From: Candidatus Woesearchaeota archaeon
GTDB taxonomy: Archaea > Nanobdellota > Nanobdellia > Woesearchaeales > UBA583
Length of the DNA stretch: 64,000 nucleotides
NCBI GenBank assembly: GCA_965205335.1
Contig: OZ242164.1
Coordinates: forward strand, 384,001 to 448,000
Direction: 5' to 3'
Shown here: in pieces, positions 20,546 to 28,975 of the stretch
How positions within the stretch are numbered: the stretch's first letter is position 1
Layout of the letters: each line of letters starts with the position of its first letter
The notes under the pieces: model-generated
Databases searched by the model: none
Seen by the model: only the letters and a program-made list of their open reading frames with translations
What the model was told of the DNA's origin: nothing
Program-made: the position numbers and the translations under genes

Positions 20546-21685
20546 ATGGAGACAGATTCTGAAAACAGAGTTTTAACATTATCAAATATGATAGTTAAAC
20601 AATTAGAAAGGGTAGTTGAGGGACAAGAATCCCCTAAGGAAGTTTATACTTATGCGGACTATATATGGTTGGATGGCTCCAACCCACAGCAACTGAGATC
20701 TAAAATTAGGATTTTAAATCGTCTGAACTCTCCTAAGTTGGAGGATTTTCCTGTTTGGAGTTTTGATGGTTCCAGTACGGGACAGGCTAAAGGGAGTGAC
20801 TCCGATTGTGAAATAAGACCAGTCTATGTGGTGAGAGATCCTTTAAGAGGGCAGGGGAACTATCTGGTGTTATGCGAAGTTTTTCATTTGGATGGAAGGC
20901 CTCATGAGACTAACACAAGACGAGAGCTCTATCGGATGATGAAAGAGCAGGGGGGCGATGATTTTGAAGTGTATATAGGCTTTGAACAAGAGTACACTCT
21001 TGTAAACCAGAAAGGCACTCCTTTAGGTTTTCCTGAATCAGGCTATCCATCTCCACAGGGTCCCTACTACTGTGGTGTGGGAGCTTCCAAGGCTTTTGGA
21101 AGACAGATCATAGAAGAACATTTGCGGCTTTGTGTGGAAGCGGGACTGAGTATATATGGAATTAATGGAGAGGTGATGCCAGGACAGTGGGAATTTCAGA
21201 TTGGGTATCGGGGAGATAAGGAGGGCGCTGATCCTTTGAGTGTTTCGGATCAACTTTGGGTAGCTCGTTATCTCTTAGAAAGATTAGCAGAAAACTACAA
21301 AGTAGACGTGAGTTATTCCAACAAGCCTGTTAAGGGGGACTGGAATGGAGCAGGCATGCACACCAATTTCTCCACTAAGTTCATGAGGGACTCGCAGGAA
21401 GGGTCGCAGGCCGTTCAGAAGGCCATTGAGACTTTGAAGGCTCGTCATGATATTCATATTCAAGATTACGGTCAGGGTTTAGGTGAGAGGCTAACAGGGG
21501 TTCATGAAACTTGTTCCATTGATACTTTCACGAGTGGGGTCTCTGATAGGGGAGCTTCTGTGCGTATTCCTCCCAAGACCTCTCAGAAGGGCTATGGCTA
21601 CATCGAAGATCGCCGACCGGGTGCTAATGCGGATCCCTACAAGATATCTATTTGTCTTGTGGGGAGTATTTGCGGTCTGGCTTAA
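20546..21685 (+). CDS. glnII: Glutamine synthetase type II
   Basis: ADYIWLDGS...LRSK, WSFDGSST, GFEQEYTL, PQGPYYCGVG, NGEVMPGQWEFQIG, GDWNGAGMHTNFST, RLTGVHET, YIEDRRP. Length is about 350-380 aa and the DNA is visibly GC-richer than its flanks. Confidence 0.93.
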   Translation: METDSENRVLTLSNMIVKQLERVVEGQESPKEVYTYADYIWLDGSNPQQLRSKIRILNRLNSPKLEDFPVWSFDGSSTGQAKGSDSDCEIRPVYVVRDPLRGQGNYLVLCEVFHLDGRPHETNTRRELYRMMKEQGGDDFEVYIGFEQEYTLVNQKGTPLGFPESGYPSPQGPYYCGVGASKAFGRQIIEEHLRLCVEAGLSIYGINGEVMPGQWEFQIGYRGDKEGADPLSVSDQLWVARYLLERLAENYKVDVSYSNKPVKGDWNGAGMHTNFSTKFMRDSQEGSQAVQKAIETLKARHDIHIQDYGQGLGERLTGVHETCSIDTFTSGVSDRGASVRIPPKTSQKGYGYIEDRRPGANADPYKISICLVGSICGLA

Positions 21686-21724
21686 AGGAAAACTCTTCCC
21701 ACTGTTGGACACTCACAAATTTGT

Positions 21725-21816
21725 GTAGAAATTTATACATTCTATTAAACTATTGAGTGTTGCAGGTGGAGCTTGGTTAAATCTACAACAGTAGAAATTT
21801 ATATATTCTATTAAAC
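21725..21816. repeat. Two 26-bp palindromic direct repeats flanking a 40-bp spacer
   Basis: GTAGAAATTTATACATTCTATTAAAC (21725-21750) and GTAGAAATTTATATATTCTATTAAAC (21791-21816), one mismatch. Confidence 0.8.
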
Positions 21817-22027
21817 AAAGGTTCTGTTAACTTTTAGAGTGATAGAGATAAAAGAAACGAGAGATATTCCAAAAATTTAGAGTTCTCAGTATGTTTTCAA
21901 AATGAACTGATTTTGAAACAACCATATTTATAACTGATGATTTACCTCGCATAAAACCCCTAACAGGAAAAACTTAATTTTATAAAAGCAAAGAATTTAG
22001 TTCTAATTGAGTTAATTATTCTTTAAA

Positions 22028-23437
22028 ATGGTTTTAGAAAAATTAGGAAGTTCTCTTAGAGGAGCACTTGACAAAGTTAGAAACTCTTTAACAGTTGATA
22101 GAGAATTAGTTGGAAATATTGTAAAAGAAATCCAGAAATCTCTCTTAGGAGCAGATGTTAATGTTAAACTTGTTTTGGATTTAACTAAGAAAATTCGTAG
22201 CAGGGCAATTTCTGAGGACAACAAAGCGCTTGATAAAAGAGAACACCTTATTACAATTATTTACGAAGAACTTTCCGCATTCTTAGGAGATGGTGAGGAA
22301 TTTGAATTACAACCAAAGCAGAATAGAATTCTATTAGTTGGTTTATACGGACAGGGTAAAACAACCACTTGCGCCAAATTAGGAGTTTACTTTAAAAAAC
22401 GTTCATCAAAAGTTGCCCTTATCTCAACAGACACTTGGAGACCCGCTGCGTATGAACAGTTAAAACAATTAGGTGAAAACGCTAATGTAGATGTCTATGG
22501 AGATCCAAGCATAAAAGATCCAATTAAAATATACAAGAAATTTGAAAAAGACTTTTCTAAATATGATATTGTCATAATTGATAGCGCGGGGCGTGATAGT
22601 TTAAACGAAGAATTAGTTGATGAAATTTCAGATTTAAACTCCTTTGTCAAACCAACTGATACTTTTATGGTTTTAGGAGCTGATGTTGGACAGACTGCTC
22701 AAAAGCAGACCCAAGCATTTAAAGAAAATCTTGATATTACTGGAGTTATAATCACGAAAATGGACGGAACTGGAAAAGGAGGGGGTGCTCTCTGTGCTTG
22801 TAGCGCCTGCTCTGCTCCTGTTAGATTCATTGGTGTTGGTGAGAAAATAACTGACTTAGAACGTTTCAACTCTTCAAGATTTGTATCACAACTCTTAGGA
22901 ATGGGAGATATTAAATCCCTCTTAGAAAAAGCAAAACTTGCAATTGATGAAGAATCAGCCAAGGATATGGGAGAGAAAATGATGTCTGGCGAGTTTGACT
23001 TAAATGATTTGTATGAGCAACTCAAAGCAATGAAAAAGATGGGTTCTATGAGTAAACTCTTAAACATGATTCCAGGCGTTAGCGGTTTGGGAATAGACAA
23101 ATCCTCTTTAAATGTTCAGGAGGAAAAATTACAGAAATGGAAATTCATAATGAACTCAATGACACCTCACGAAAAGAAAAATCCTTATGAAATTGACATA
23201 TCAAGAATTAAAAGAATTGCAAAAGGCAGTGGGAGTTCTATAACTAATGTTAGAGATTTATTAAAACATTTTAAGCAAACCAAAAAAATGATGGGAATGT
23301 TCAAAGACCCTAATGCAATAGGAAATATTGACGAAAAGACAATGGGAGACCCTAAAGAGATGATGAAAATGATGAAGAAATTTGGAGGGAACAAAGCAGT
23401 AAAGCAAATGGTGAAACAACAAAAGAAAATGCGATAA
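22028..23437 (+). CDS. srp54: Signal recognition particle protein SRP54
   Basis: MVLEKLGSSL, GLYGQGKTTT, DTWRPAAYEQL, DSAGR, TKMDGTGKGGG, Met-rich M domain. Confidence 0.97.
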   Translation: MVLEKLGSSLRGALDKVRNSLTVDRELVGNIVKEIQKSLLGADVNVKLVLDLTKKIRSRAISEDNKALDKREHLITIIYEELSAFLGDGEEFELQPKQNRILLVGLYGQGKTTTCAKLGVYFKKRSSKVALISTDTWRPAAYEQLKQLGENANVDVYGDPSIKDPIKIYKKFEKDFSKYDIVIIDSAGRDSLNEELVDEISDLNSFVKPTDTFMVLGADVGQTAQKQTQAFKENLDITGVIITKMDGTGKGGGALCACSACSAPVRFIGVGEKITDLERFNSSRFVSQLLGMGDIKSLLEKAKLAIDEESAKDMGEKMMSGEFDLNDLYEQLKAMKKMGSMSKLLNMIPGVSGLGIDKSSLNVQEEKLQKWKFIMNSMTPHEKKNPYEIDISRIKRIAKGSGSSITNVRDLLKHFKQTKKMMGMFKDPNAIGNIDEKTMGDPKEMMKMMKKFGGNKAVKQMVKQQKKMR

Positions 23438-23464
23438 CTCTAAATTCACATTTTAGATTTTAAT

Positions 23465-24184
23465 TCATTTCTTCCATACATCCTTTATATTCACAACAGG
23501 AAACCCAAACCTTAATATATCATCCTGACCTATTCTTGGACATGCCGTATTTACCCAGCATTCAATATAAGGAAAATTCTCCATTTCATAATCAATAAAA
23601 TTATCCCCTATAAAATAATAGAAATTCTTCTGGGGATACTGCTCTTTTAATTTCATTGAAGTATCCTTATACTCCTGCCCCCATTTCGTTGTAACAAAGA
23701 CCCCAATATTTTTTGACATATGAAACTTCATTAAATTCCCTTTCTTTTTTTTAAGATATTTTTCAATATGTTTCTTATCAATAACTTCAACAGTTCCGCT
23801 AACAACATTCATTAAAACAACAGGTTTTATTTCCTTCTCATATTCCTGAGCCAGAAGAAGAGCATTTGGGTGAAAATATCCATCACCAACATACACAAAC
23901 CCATCAATTTCATCTAAATTTAATTTCAGTGAATCCTTATATGAATCGCAACCAAGCATCTGCCCTTCAAGACTTGTTCTAAATGGCTTGGAAATTTGGG
24001 ACTTAAAACCCTCTTTCTTTAACAATTCTCTAACCTCATCCAAATTCTCCCTAAACTGAACCGCACTAAAAACTGCAAGATTTTTATTCTTCCCTTTATC
24101 AAAAGTACTATGCAAAACACCTATAAAATCCTTTGGAATATTAAACTCAATTCCATATTTAGCCTGCAAAAATTTTAGTTTCAT
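23465..24184 (-). CDS. dph2: Diphthamide biosynthesis Dph2, C-terminal part
   Basis: GQMLGCD, YVGDGYFH, TKWGQ, NTACPRIGQDD. Confidence 0.88.
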   Translation of the reverse strand: MKLKFLQAKYGIEFNIPKDFIGVLHSTFDKGKNKNLAVFSAVQFRENLDEVRELLKKEGFKSQISKPFRTSLEGQMLGCDSYKDSLKLNLDEIDGFVYVGDGYFHPNALLLAQEYEKEIKPVVLMNVVSGTVEVIDKKHIEKYLKKKKGNLMKFHMSKNIGVFVTTKWGQEYKDTSMKLKEQYPQKNFYYFIGDNFIDYEMENFPYIECWVNTACPRIGQDDILRFGFPVVNIKDVWKK

Positions 24185-24188
24185 TTTT

Positions 24189-24718
24189 TATTTTTTAGTT
24201 TTCTTGGAATTCCTCCACTTCTTTATACTCTCATGTAATTCTTTGAACTTCTCCTCAGAATCTTCAATTTCTTGAAATCACTTTCTCCTTCTCTAAATAG
24301 ATAATATCCCAATTTTAATCATATTGTGAACCAACACCAATTGCACCAACAAATAAAAAAATATACTCAGAAAATTTACCAACTTTACCTATAATATCTG
24401 ACCACATTTGGTATTAGAACCTAATAGAAAAGCAATAAACAAAAAAGTAAAACTAAGGTAAAACCATTTCACAAGTTCAAAATACTTTCTGGGATTCTTA
24501 GTATAATAATTTTTGCTTAATGAAAGTGTTATTATCAAAACAGAAATATTTAATGTTAATATTCCAATAAAGAAAGTTGTATCGGTAAACCCTTTATATA
24601 AAAAAACTGAATATAGTGCATAAGATATACCATAAACAAGAAACATTGTCTTTGAAAGAACTAAAAAAAGCAATAGTAAAAAAAAAATTACAATATAAGT
24701 ATATACTTCTTCTACCAC
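24189..24718 (-). pseudogene. Membrane protein gene, probably frameshifted (intact ORF part 24389-24718)
   Basis: The hydrophobic 109-aa ORF is followed by coding-like segments in other frames (DIIGKVGKFSEYIFLFVGAIGVG; EIEDSEEKFKELHESIKKWRNSKKTKK*) that reach the Dph2-C start. Confidence 0.5.
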
Positions 24719-24999
24719 ATTTCTTTCCTCTTAATATATACACTATGCCCCCACTGAACACATAAATCAAACCCTAAATCCTTTAAATGCAATGGAACAT
24801 CACATGCCCCAAAACAAGCCCCGAAATAAATAAAAAACTCTGCATCCGTCTTTTCCCTTAAAACATCCACAACCTCTTTTGAATAATACTTAAGCCCGTC
24901 AGGAAACTGAAGCAAAACCAATTTATTCCCATCCTTGTTAATACCATCAATTAACTTATCAAGTTCCAAATCATAAAACTCAGAATACTTCTCACTCAT
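24712..24999 (-). CDS. dph2: Diphthamide biosynthesis Dph2, N-terminal part
   Basis: VLLQFPDGLK, ACFGACDV, VQWGHS. Confidence 0.88.
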   Translation of the reverse strand: MSEKYSEFYDLELDKLIDGINKDGNKLVLLQFPDGLKYYSKEVVDVLREKTDAEFFIYFGACFGACDVPLHLKDLGFDLCVQWGHSVYIKRKEMW

Positions 25000-25049
25000 A
25001 AACTTAGCAATTAAGTAAAATTTAAATACTTAGTCATTTTGGCATTTCT

Positions 25050-25562
25050 ATGGAAAAACCATTTATGAAAGTTAAAAAATTAAGAGAAGGTGCTAAAATC
25101 CCAACAAAAAGAGAAGAAGATGCAGCATACGACATATATGGAATCTTTGAAGAAAATTTTAAAATTTTAATGCAAGGAGAAGTTAGTTTAATACCAACAG
25201 GCATTGCAGTTGAAATCCCTAAAAACTGGGTTCTGTACTTTGCTGAGCGTGGAAGTACAGGTTCAAAAGGTATCGCAAAAAGATGCGGGGTTATAGATTC
25301 TGGATACAGAGGTGAAGTTTTCGTTGCAATAAATAACACTTCAGATAAACCTGTAATTTTTGCTAAATCCAATGACACGCAACTTGATGACTTCCTATCC
25401 AATAAAAATATGCTAAAAAAAGATGTTACAATTTATCCCCAGTCAAAAGGAATCGCTCAGGCAATGCTTCTTTACACTCCCCACATTGAACCTGAAGTTG
25501 TTTCAGAACTTGACGAAACATCTAAAAGAAGAGATGGTGCTCTGGGAAGTTCAGGAAAATAA
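25050..25562 (+). CDS. dut: Trimeric dUTPase
   Basis: AAYDIY, LIPTGI, ERGSTG, GVIDSGYRGE, IAQA, RRDGALGSSG. Confidence 0.93.
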   Translation: MEKPFMKVKKLREGAKIPTKREEDAAYDIYGIFEENFKILMQGEVSLIPTGIAVEIPKNWVLYFAERGSTGSKGIAKRCGVIDSGYRGEVFVAINNTSDKPVIFAKSNDTQLDDFLSNKNMLKKDVTIYPQSKGIAQAMLLYTPHIEPEVVSELDETSKRRDGALGSSGK

Positions 25563-25564
25563 TA

Positions 25565-26101
25565 CTACATCCTCATATCACTTGGCTTAATCTGAGATAA
25601 AAGTAGTTTCAGATTATTCATAAATATTTCAATTTTCTCTATTTTCATAATTAATTCTCTACTATTAGAATTTAACTCTATTTTAGATGTTCGGCTGTTT
25701 AATTCCTCAAGTAAATATTTCATTTCAATTGAATTACCAAACTCATTATTTTTTACTTGCAAATCATCAATTAAAGCAGATAGGGATCTAGTCAAATCTG
25801 AAAATGTTTCAATCATTTCTGAAATCTTTGTATCTAATTTATCAGTTCTATGCAATACATTATTTAAAGTTGTCTTATTTAAATCCTTTATTTCAGAAAG
25901 CTCCTGAATTATCAAATCTCTTTCTTTCTTTGATTCATTTGAAATAGTAAGAATAATTTTGTCTATAAAATCAGAATCTTCCCTGTGATTTCTCAAAACT
26001 TCTTTAGATACATTATCAGAATTTTTTTCCTGCAACTCCTTATTTTCTTCTCTCAAACTCTCTAACTTCTCCTTTGAGACAAGAGTATATTCATCATCCA
26101 T
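25565..26101 (-). CDS. Hypothetical coiled-coil protein
   Basis: 178-aa ORF with heptad-like Leu/Ile and charged residues. Confidence 0.7.
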   Translation of the reverse strand: MDDEYTLVSKEKLESLREENKELQEKNSDNVSKEVLRNHREDSDFIDKIILTISNESKKERDLIIQELSEIKDLNKTTLNNVLHRTDKLDTKISEMIETFSDLTRSLSALIDDLQVKNNEFGNSIEMKYLLEELNSRTSKIELNSNSRELIMKIEKIEIFMNNLKLLLSQIKPSDMRM

Positions 26102-26151
26102 AAATTATATAAATATAGCTCCTTAAAATTTATTTATAACTACTATTAGGT

Positions 26152-26406
26152 TTGAAAATGGACTTTGATTTAATTATGACTGGACTTGGAATTTTAGGAG
26201 TAATTATGCTTGGGGTTGATATTTTACTTGAGGTTTTAAACAAACTAAATAGAAATCATAAAACATTCACAAAGATTTATGTCATTGCAAATCTCTTATT
26301 ATTTATATATTCACTTTACTTTAAGATATGGCTATTTGTTGTACTAAACGGATTTCTATTAGGAATTGGGATATACTTATATTATGTAAGCCATTTTAGA
26401 AAATAA
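26152..26406 (+). CDS. Small 3-TM membrane protein
   Basis: Three hydrophobic segments; likely start is the ATG at 26158. Confidence 0.7.
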   Translation: MKMDFDLIMTGLGILGVIMLGVDILLEVLNKLNRNHKTFTKIYVIANLLLFIYSLYFKIWLFVVLNGFLLGIGIYLYYVSHFRK

Positions 26407-26474
26407 TTAGAGAATTAATTCTATATATAATAACCTGGGCTTAAATTTATATAACAACACTCATTCCATTCATT

Positions 26475-26993
26475 ATGGAAATAGAAGAAAACAAAATCGT
26501 AAGCATTCATTACAAAGGCACACTAAAAGACAAATCAGTATTTGACTCATGCGAAGGCAGAGAACCCCTATCTTTTCTGTTCGGCAGTGGAATGATTATT
26601 CCAGGACTTGAAGAAGAACTAAAAGGATTAAAAAAAGGGGATAAAAAGAATATTGATGTAGGTTTTGATAAAGCATATGGACCAAGAATGGAAGAAGCCA
26701 AGCATGAAGTCCCAAAAGACCAATTCCCTCAAGAAATCAAACTAAAAGTAGGCATGCAACTTGCAGCTCAAAGCCCAAACGGAACTATTCCAGTAACCAT
26801 TGCAGAAATTAAAGATGATAAAATTGTTGTAGACTTTAACCATCCCCTTGCAGGAAAAGACTTAAACTTTGACATTGAAGTAGTTGATGTTCGCGAAGCA
26901 ACCAAAGAAGAATTAGAACACAAACACGCACATGGAAAAGACGGAGTAAACCATTCCTCAAATAAAGAAGATAAAAATCCAAAAAATAAATAA
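26475..26993 (+). CDS. slyD: FKBP-type peptidyl-prolyl isomerase SlyD
   Basis: VSIHYKGTL, IIPGLEEEL, AYG, VDFNHPLAGKDLNF, His-rich tail. Confidence 0.95.
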   Translation: MEIEENKIVSIHYKGTLKDKSVFDSCEGREPLSFLFGSGMIIPGLEEELKGLKKGDKKNIDVGFDKAYGPRMEEAKHEVPKDQFPQEIKLKVGMQLAAQSPNGTIPVTIAEIKDDKIVVDFNHPLAGKDLNFDIEVVDVREATKEELEHKHAHGKDGVNHSSNKEDKNPKNK

Positions 26994-27268
26994 TGTTTAT
27001 TATCCCAAAGCCTTTTCTCCAACATAAGGATAACCTTCAACAACACTTATTCCCTACTTTCCTTTATTGCAATAACCACTATTTCGCATTCTTTGGTTTA
27101 TTGAACCATCTTTATTTGACATATTACCAACTTGTCTCCCAAACTTATCTCTTGTAATAGGAATTCAACTATAAATTTGCTGCTATTTAACATCAAAATC
27201 ATACTAATATGTGTTATTTATATGAAAAACATAGAAAAATATATAAATAACCTAATTATTTCATTATT

Positions 27269-28417
27269 ATGGGTAGGGGTTCTACTAAGATTCTTATAAA
27301 AAAAATTATTGAATGCTTAACAGAAGGACCAAAAACAATTTCTGAAATAGTCAGATCTACAGAACTTGATAGAACCGCTGTTGGAAAATATCTCAATCTT
27401 CTCAAAGAGAGTGGACTTTTAAATGAAGAAGGACAAAAAACAAGCAAGGTATATTCTCTTGTGAAAACATTTAAAACCGATACTTATTTCGGACTGCCCT
27501 TAGATAAAGAAACCAACGAAAAAGTAGAATCTATATACTACTTCATAAAACAAGAATACGAGAAAAAAATAGGAAGAAAACTCCTAAAAACAACTGCTCA
27601 GAAAATTATGTATAAGATAATCAAGCAATGCAACTTAAACATTCCATCTGGGTGGTATATCTATGGGGGAATTTGCATAAAACCATATGATTATGATTTT
27701 AATTACAATTATTTTGGACTTGATGAAAACATCATCTCATGCATTAAAACAACAACAGAAGAATTTTCACACCATAACAAAGAATATAAAAGTAAACAAT
27801 ACCAATACAAAGAAGCTAAAAAGGAACTCTATATATTAAAAGAAGAAATTCTCGCCCTTCTCTACTCTAAAAACTTCTCAAAGAACTCCTTTTACATATT
27901 CCAGAAAAAATACTTAAAATTTATCCATTCTATACCTTTAAGTAATAGTTCATATATGCATCTAACTATGGAATATCAGACATTGCTTATTGACATCATA
28001 AAATACTGGGATGATTTTATCTCAGAAAAGGATGATGTTTCATTTACGAAATTCAAGCAGATACTAATATCATCTTTCGAGAGTCTATGGAAACTAATTG
28101 CACTATTCAATTTTAAAAAGGATTTATTAGAGAATGGATATTATACGCAAAGTGTCTTGGATGAATATTTTAAATTGGACATTAAACAAGCCAAAGAAGA
28201 ACTAATTGAAATTGGTTCACAAATAAATGAGATGATTCCTTTTGAAGACTTAGATGATCCAAATTATAAAAAAATAAAAGATGCCTTAAATGAAGCAAAT
28301 AAACCTGTATCTGAAGAAGAATTAAAAAAGCAGAAAGAAGAACTTAACAAAATAAAAGAAGAAAAGAGTTTGAGTGCATACAATAAAGAACTTTTCAAAA
28401 GAGTTGGTTTAGATTAA
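27269..28417 (+). CDS. Winged-HTH (ArsR-like) protein with large uncharacterised C-terminal region
   Basis: N-terminal LTEGPKTISEIVRSTELDRTAVGKYLNLLKESGLL, followed by a KIMY...GWYIYG segment. Confidence 0.75.
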   Translation: MGRGSTKILIKKIIECLTEGPKTISEIVRSTELDRTAVGKYLNLLKESGLLNEEGQKTSKVYSLVKTFKTDTYFGLPLDKETNEKVESIYYFIKQEYEKKIGRKLLKTTAQKIMYKIIKQCNLNIPSGWYIYGGICIKPYDYDFNYNYFGLDENIISCIKTTTEEFSHHNKEYKSKQYQYKEAKKELYILKEEILALLYSKNFSKNSFYIFQKKYLKFIHSIPLSNSSYMHLTMEYQTLLIDIIKYWDDFISEKDDVSFTKFKQILISSFESLWKLIALFNFKKDLLENGYYTQSVLDEYFKLDIKQAKEELIEIGSQINEMIPFEDLDDPNYKKIKDALNEANKPVSEEELKKQKEELNKIKEEKSLSAYNKELFKRVGLD

Positions 28418-28852
28418 TTCCTCAGGTTTTACTATACATATTCTATCTCTGAAATGGAGAAAACCTTTGATATCTCTTGTAACAATGTAATCTGCACCTG
28501 ACTTTAGAGCAAGCATTCCATGTAATTCATCCTGAAAATGCTCAGGATTTTCCTTCTTTGCCCTGCTAATATCCTCTTCTGTATGCTCAATCTTTATAAT
28601 CTTTTTTTTTAGCATTCCTATAAAAGTTCCAACATTCTCTAATTTCCTCAAATAATTTAACTCTTGCAAAGTCCATGAAGAAATAATTAATTCATACTTA
28701 CAAGATAATGCCTCAAAAAAGAGACGTACTGAAGGTCTACTTATATCCTTCCCATAAAGATTCCTAGAATTCTCAATGGCATAGACTATTATATTCGTAT
28801 CAATATACAGTTTCTTTGTCACTTTTCTTATCATTCCTAAGTCCTTTCGCAA
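28409..28852 (-). CDS. PIN-domain (VapC-like) protein
   Basis: LYIDTNIIV, TLQEL, DELHGMLA, YIVTRD. Confidence 0.88.
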   Translation of the reverse strand: MRKDLGMIRKVTKKLYIDTNIIVYAIENSRNLYGKDISRPSVRLFFEALSCKYELIISSWTLQELNYLRKLENVGTFIGMLKKKIIKIEHTEEDISRAKKENPEHFQDELHGMLALKSGADYIVTRDIKGFLHFRDRICIVKPEELI

Positions 28853-28975
28853 ACTAATATACTAAAACAACTATGCTTTTAAGATAACATTTGATTTTTT
28901 AATAGATGTTACTACTAATTATTACAACAAAACATTAACTTTATAAATACAGGAATCATATAAATAATATTGAAC

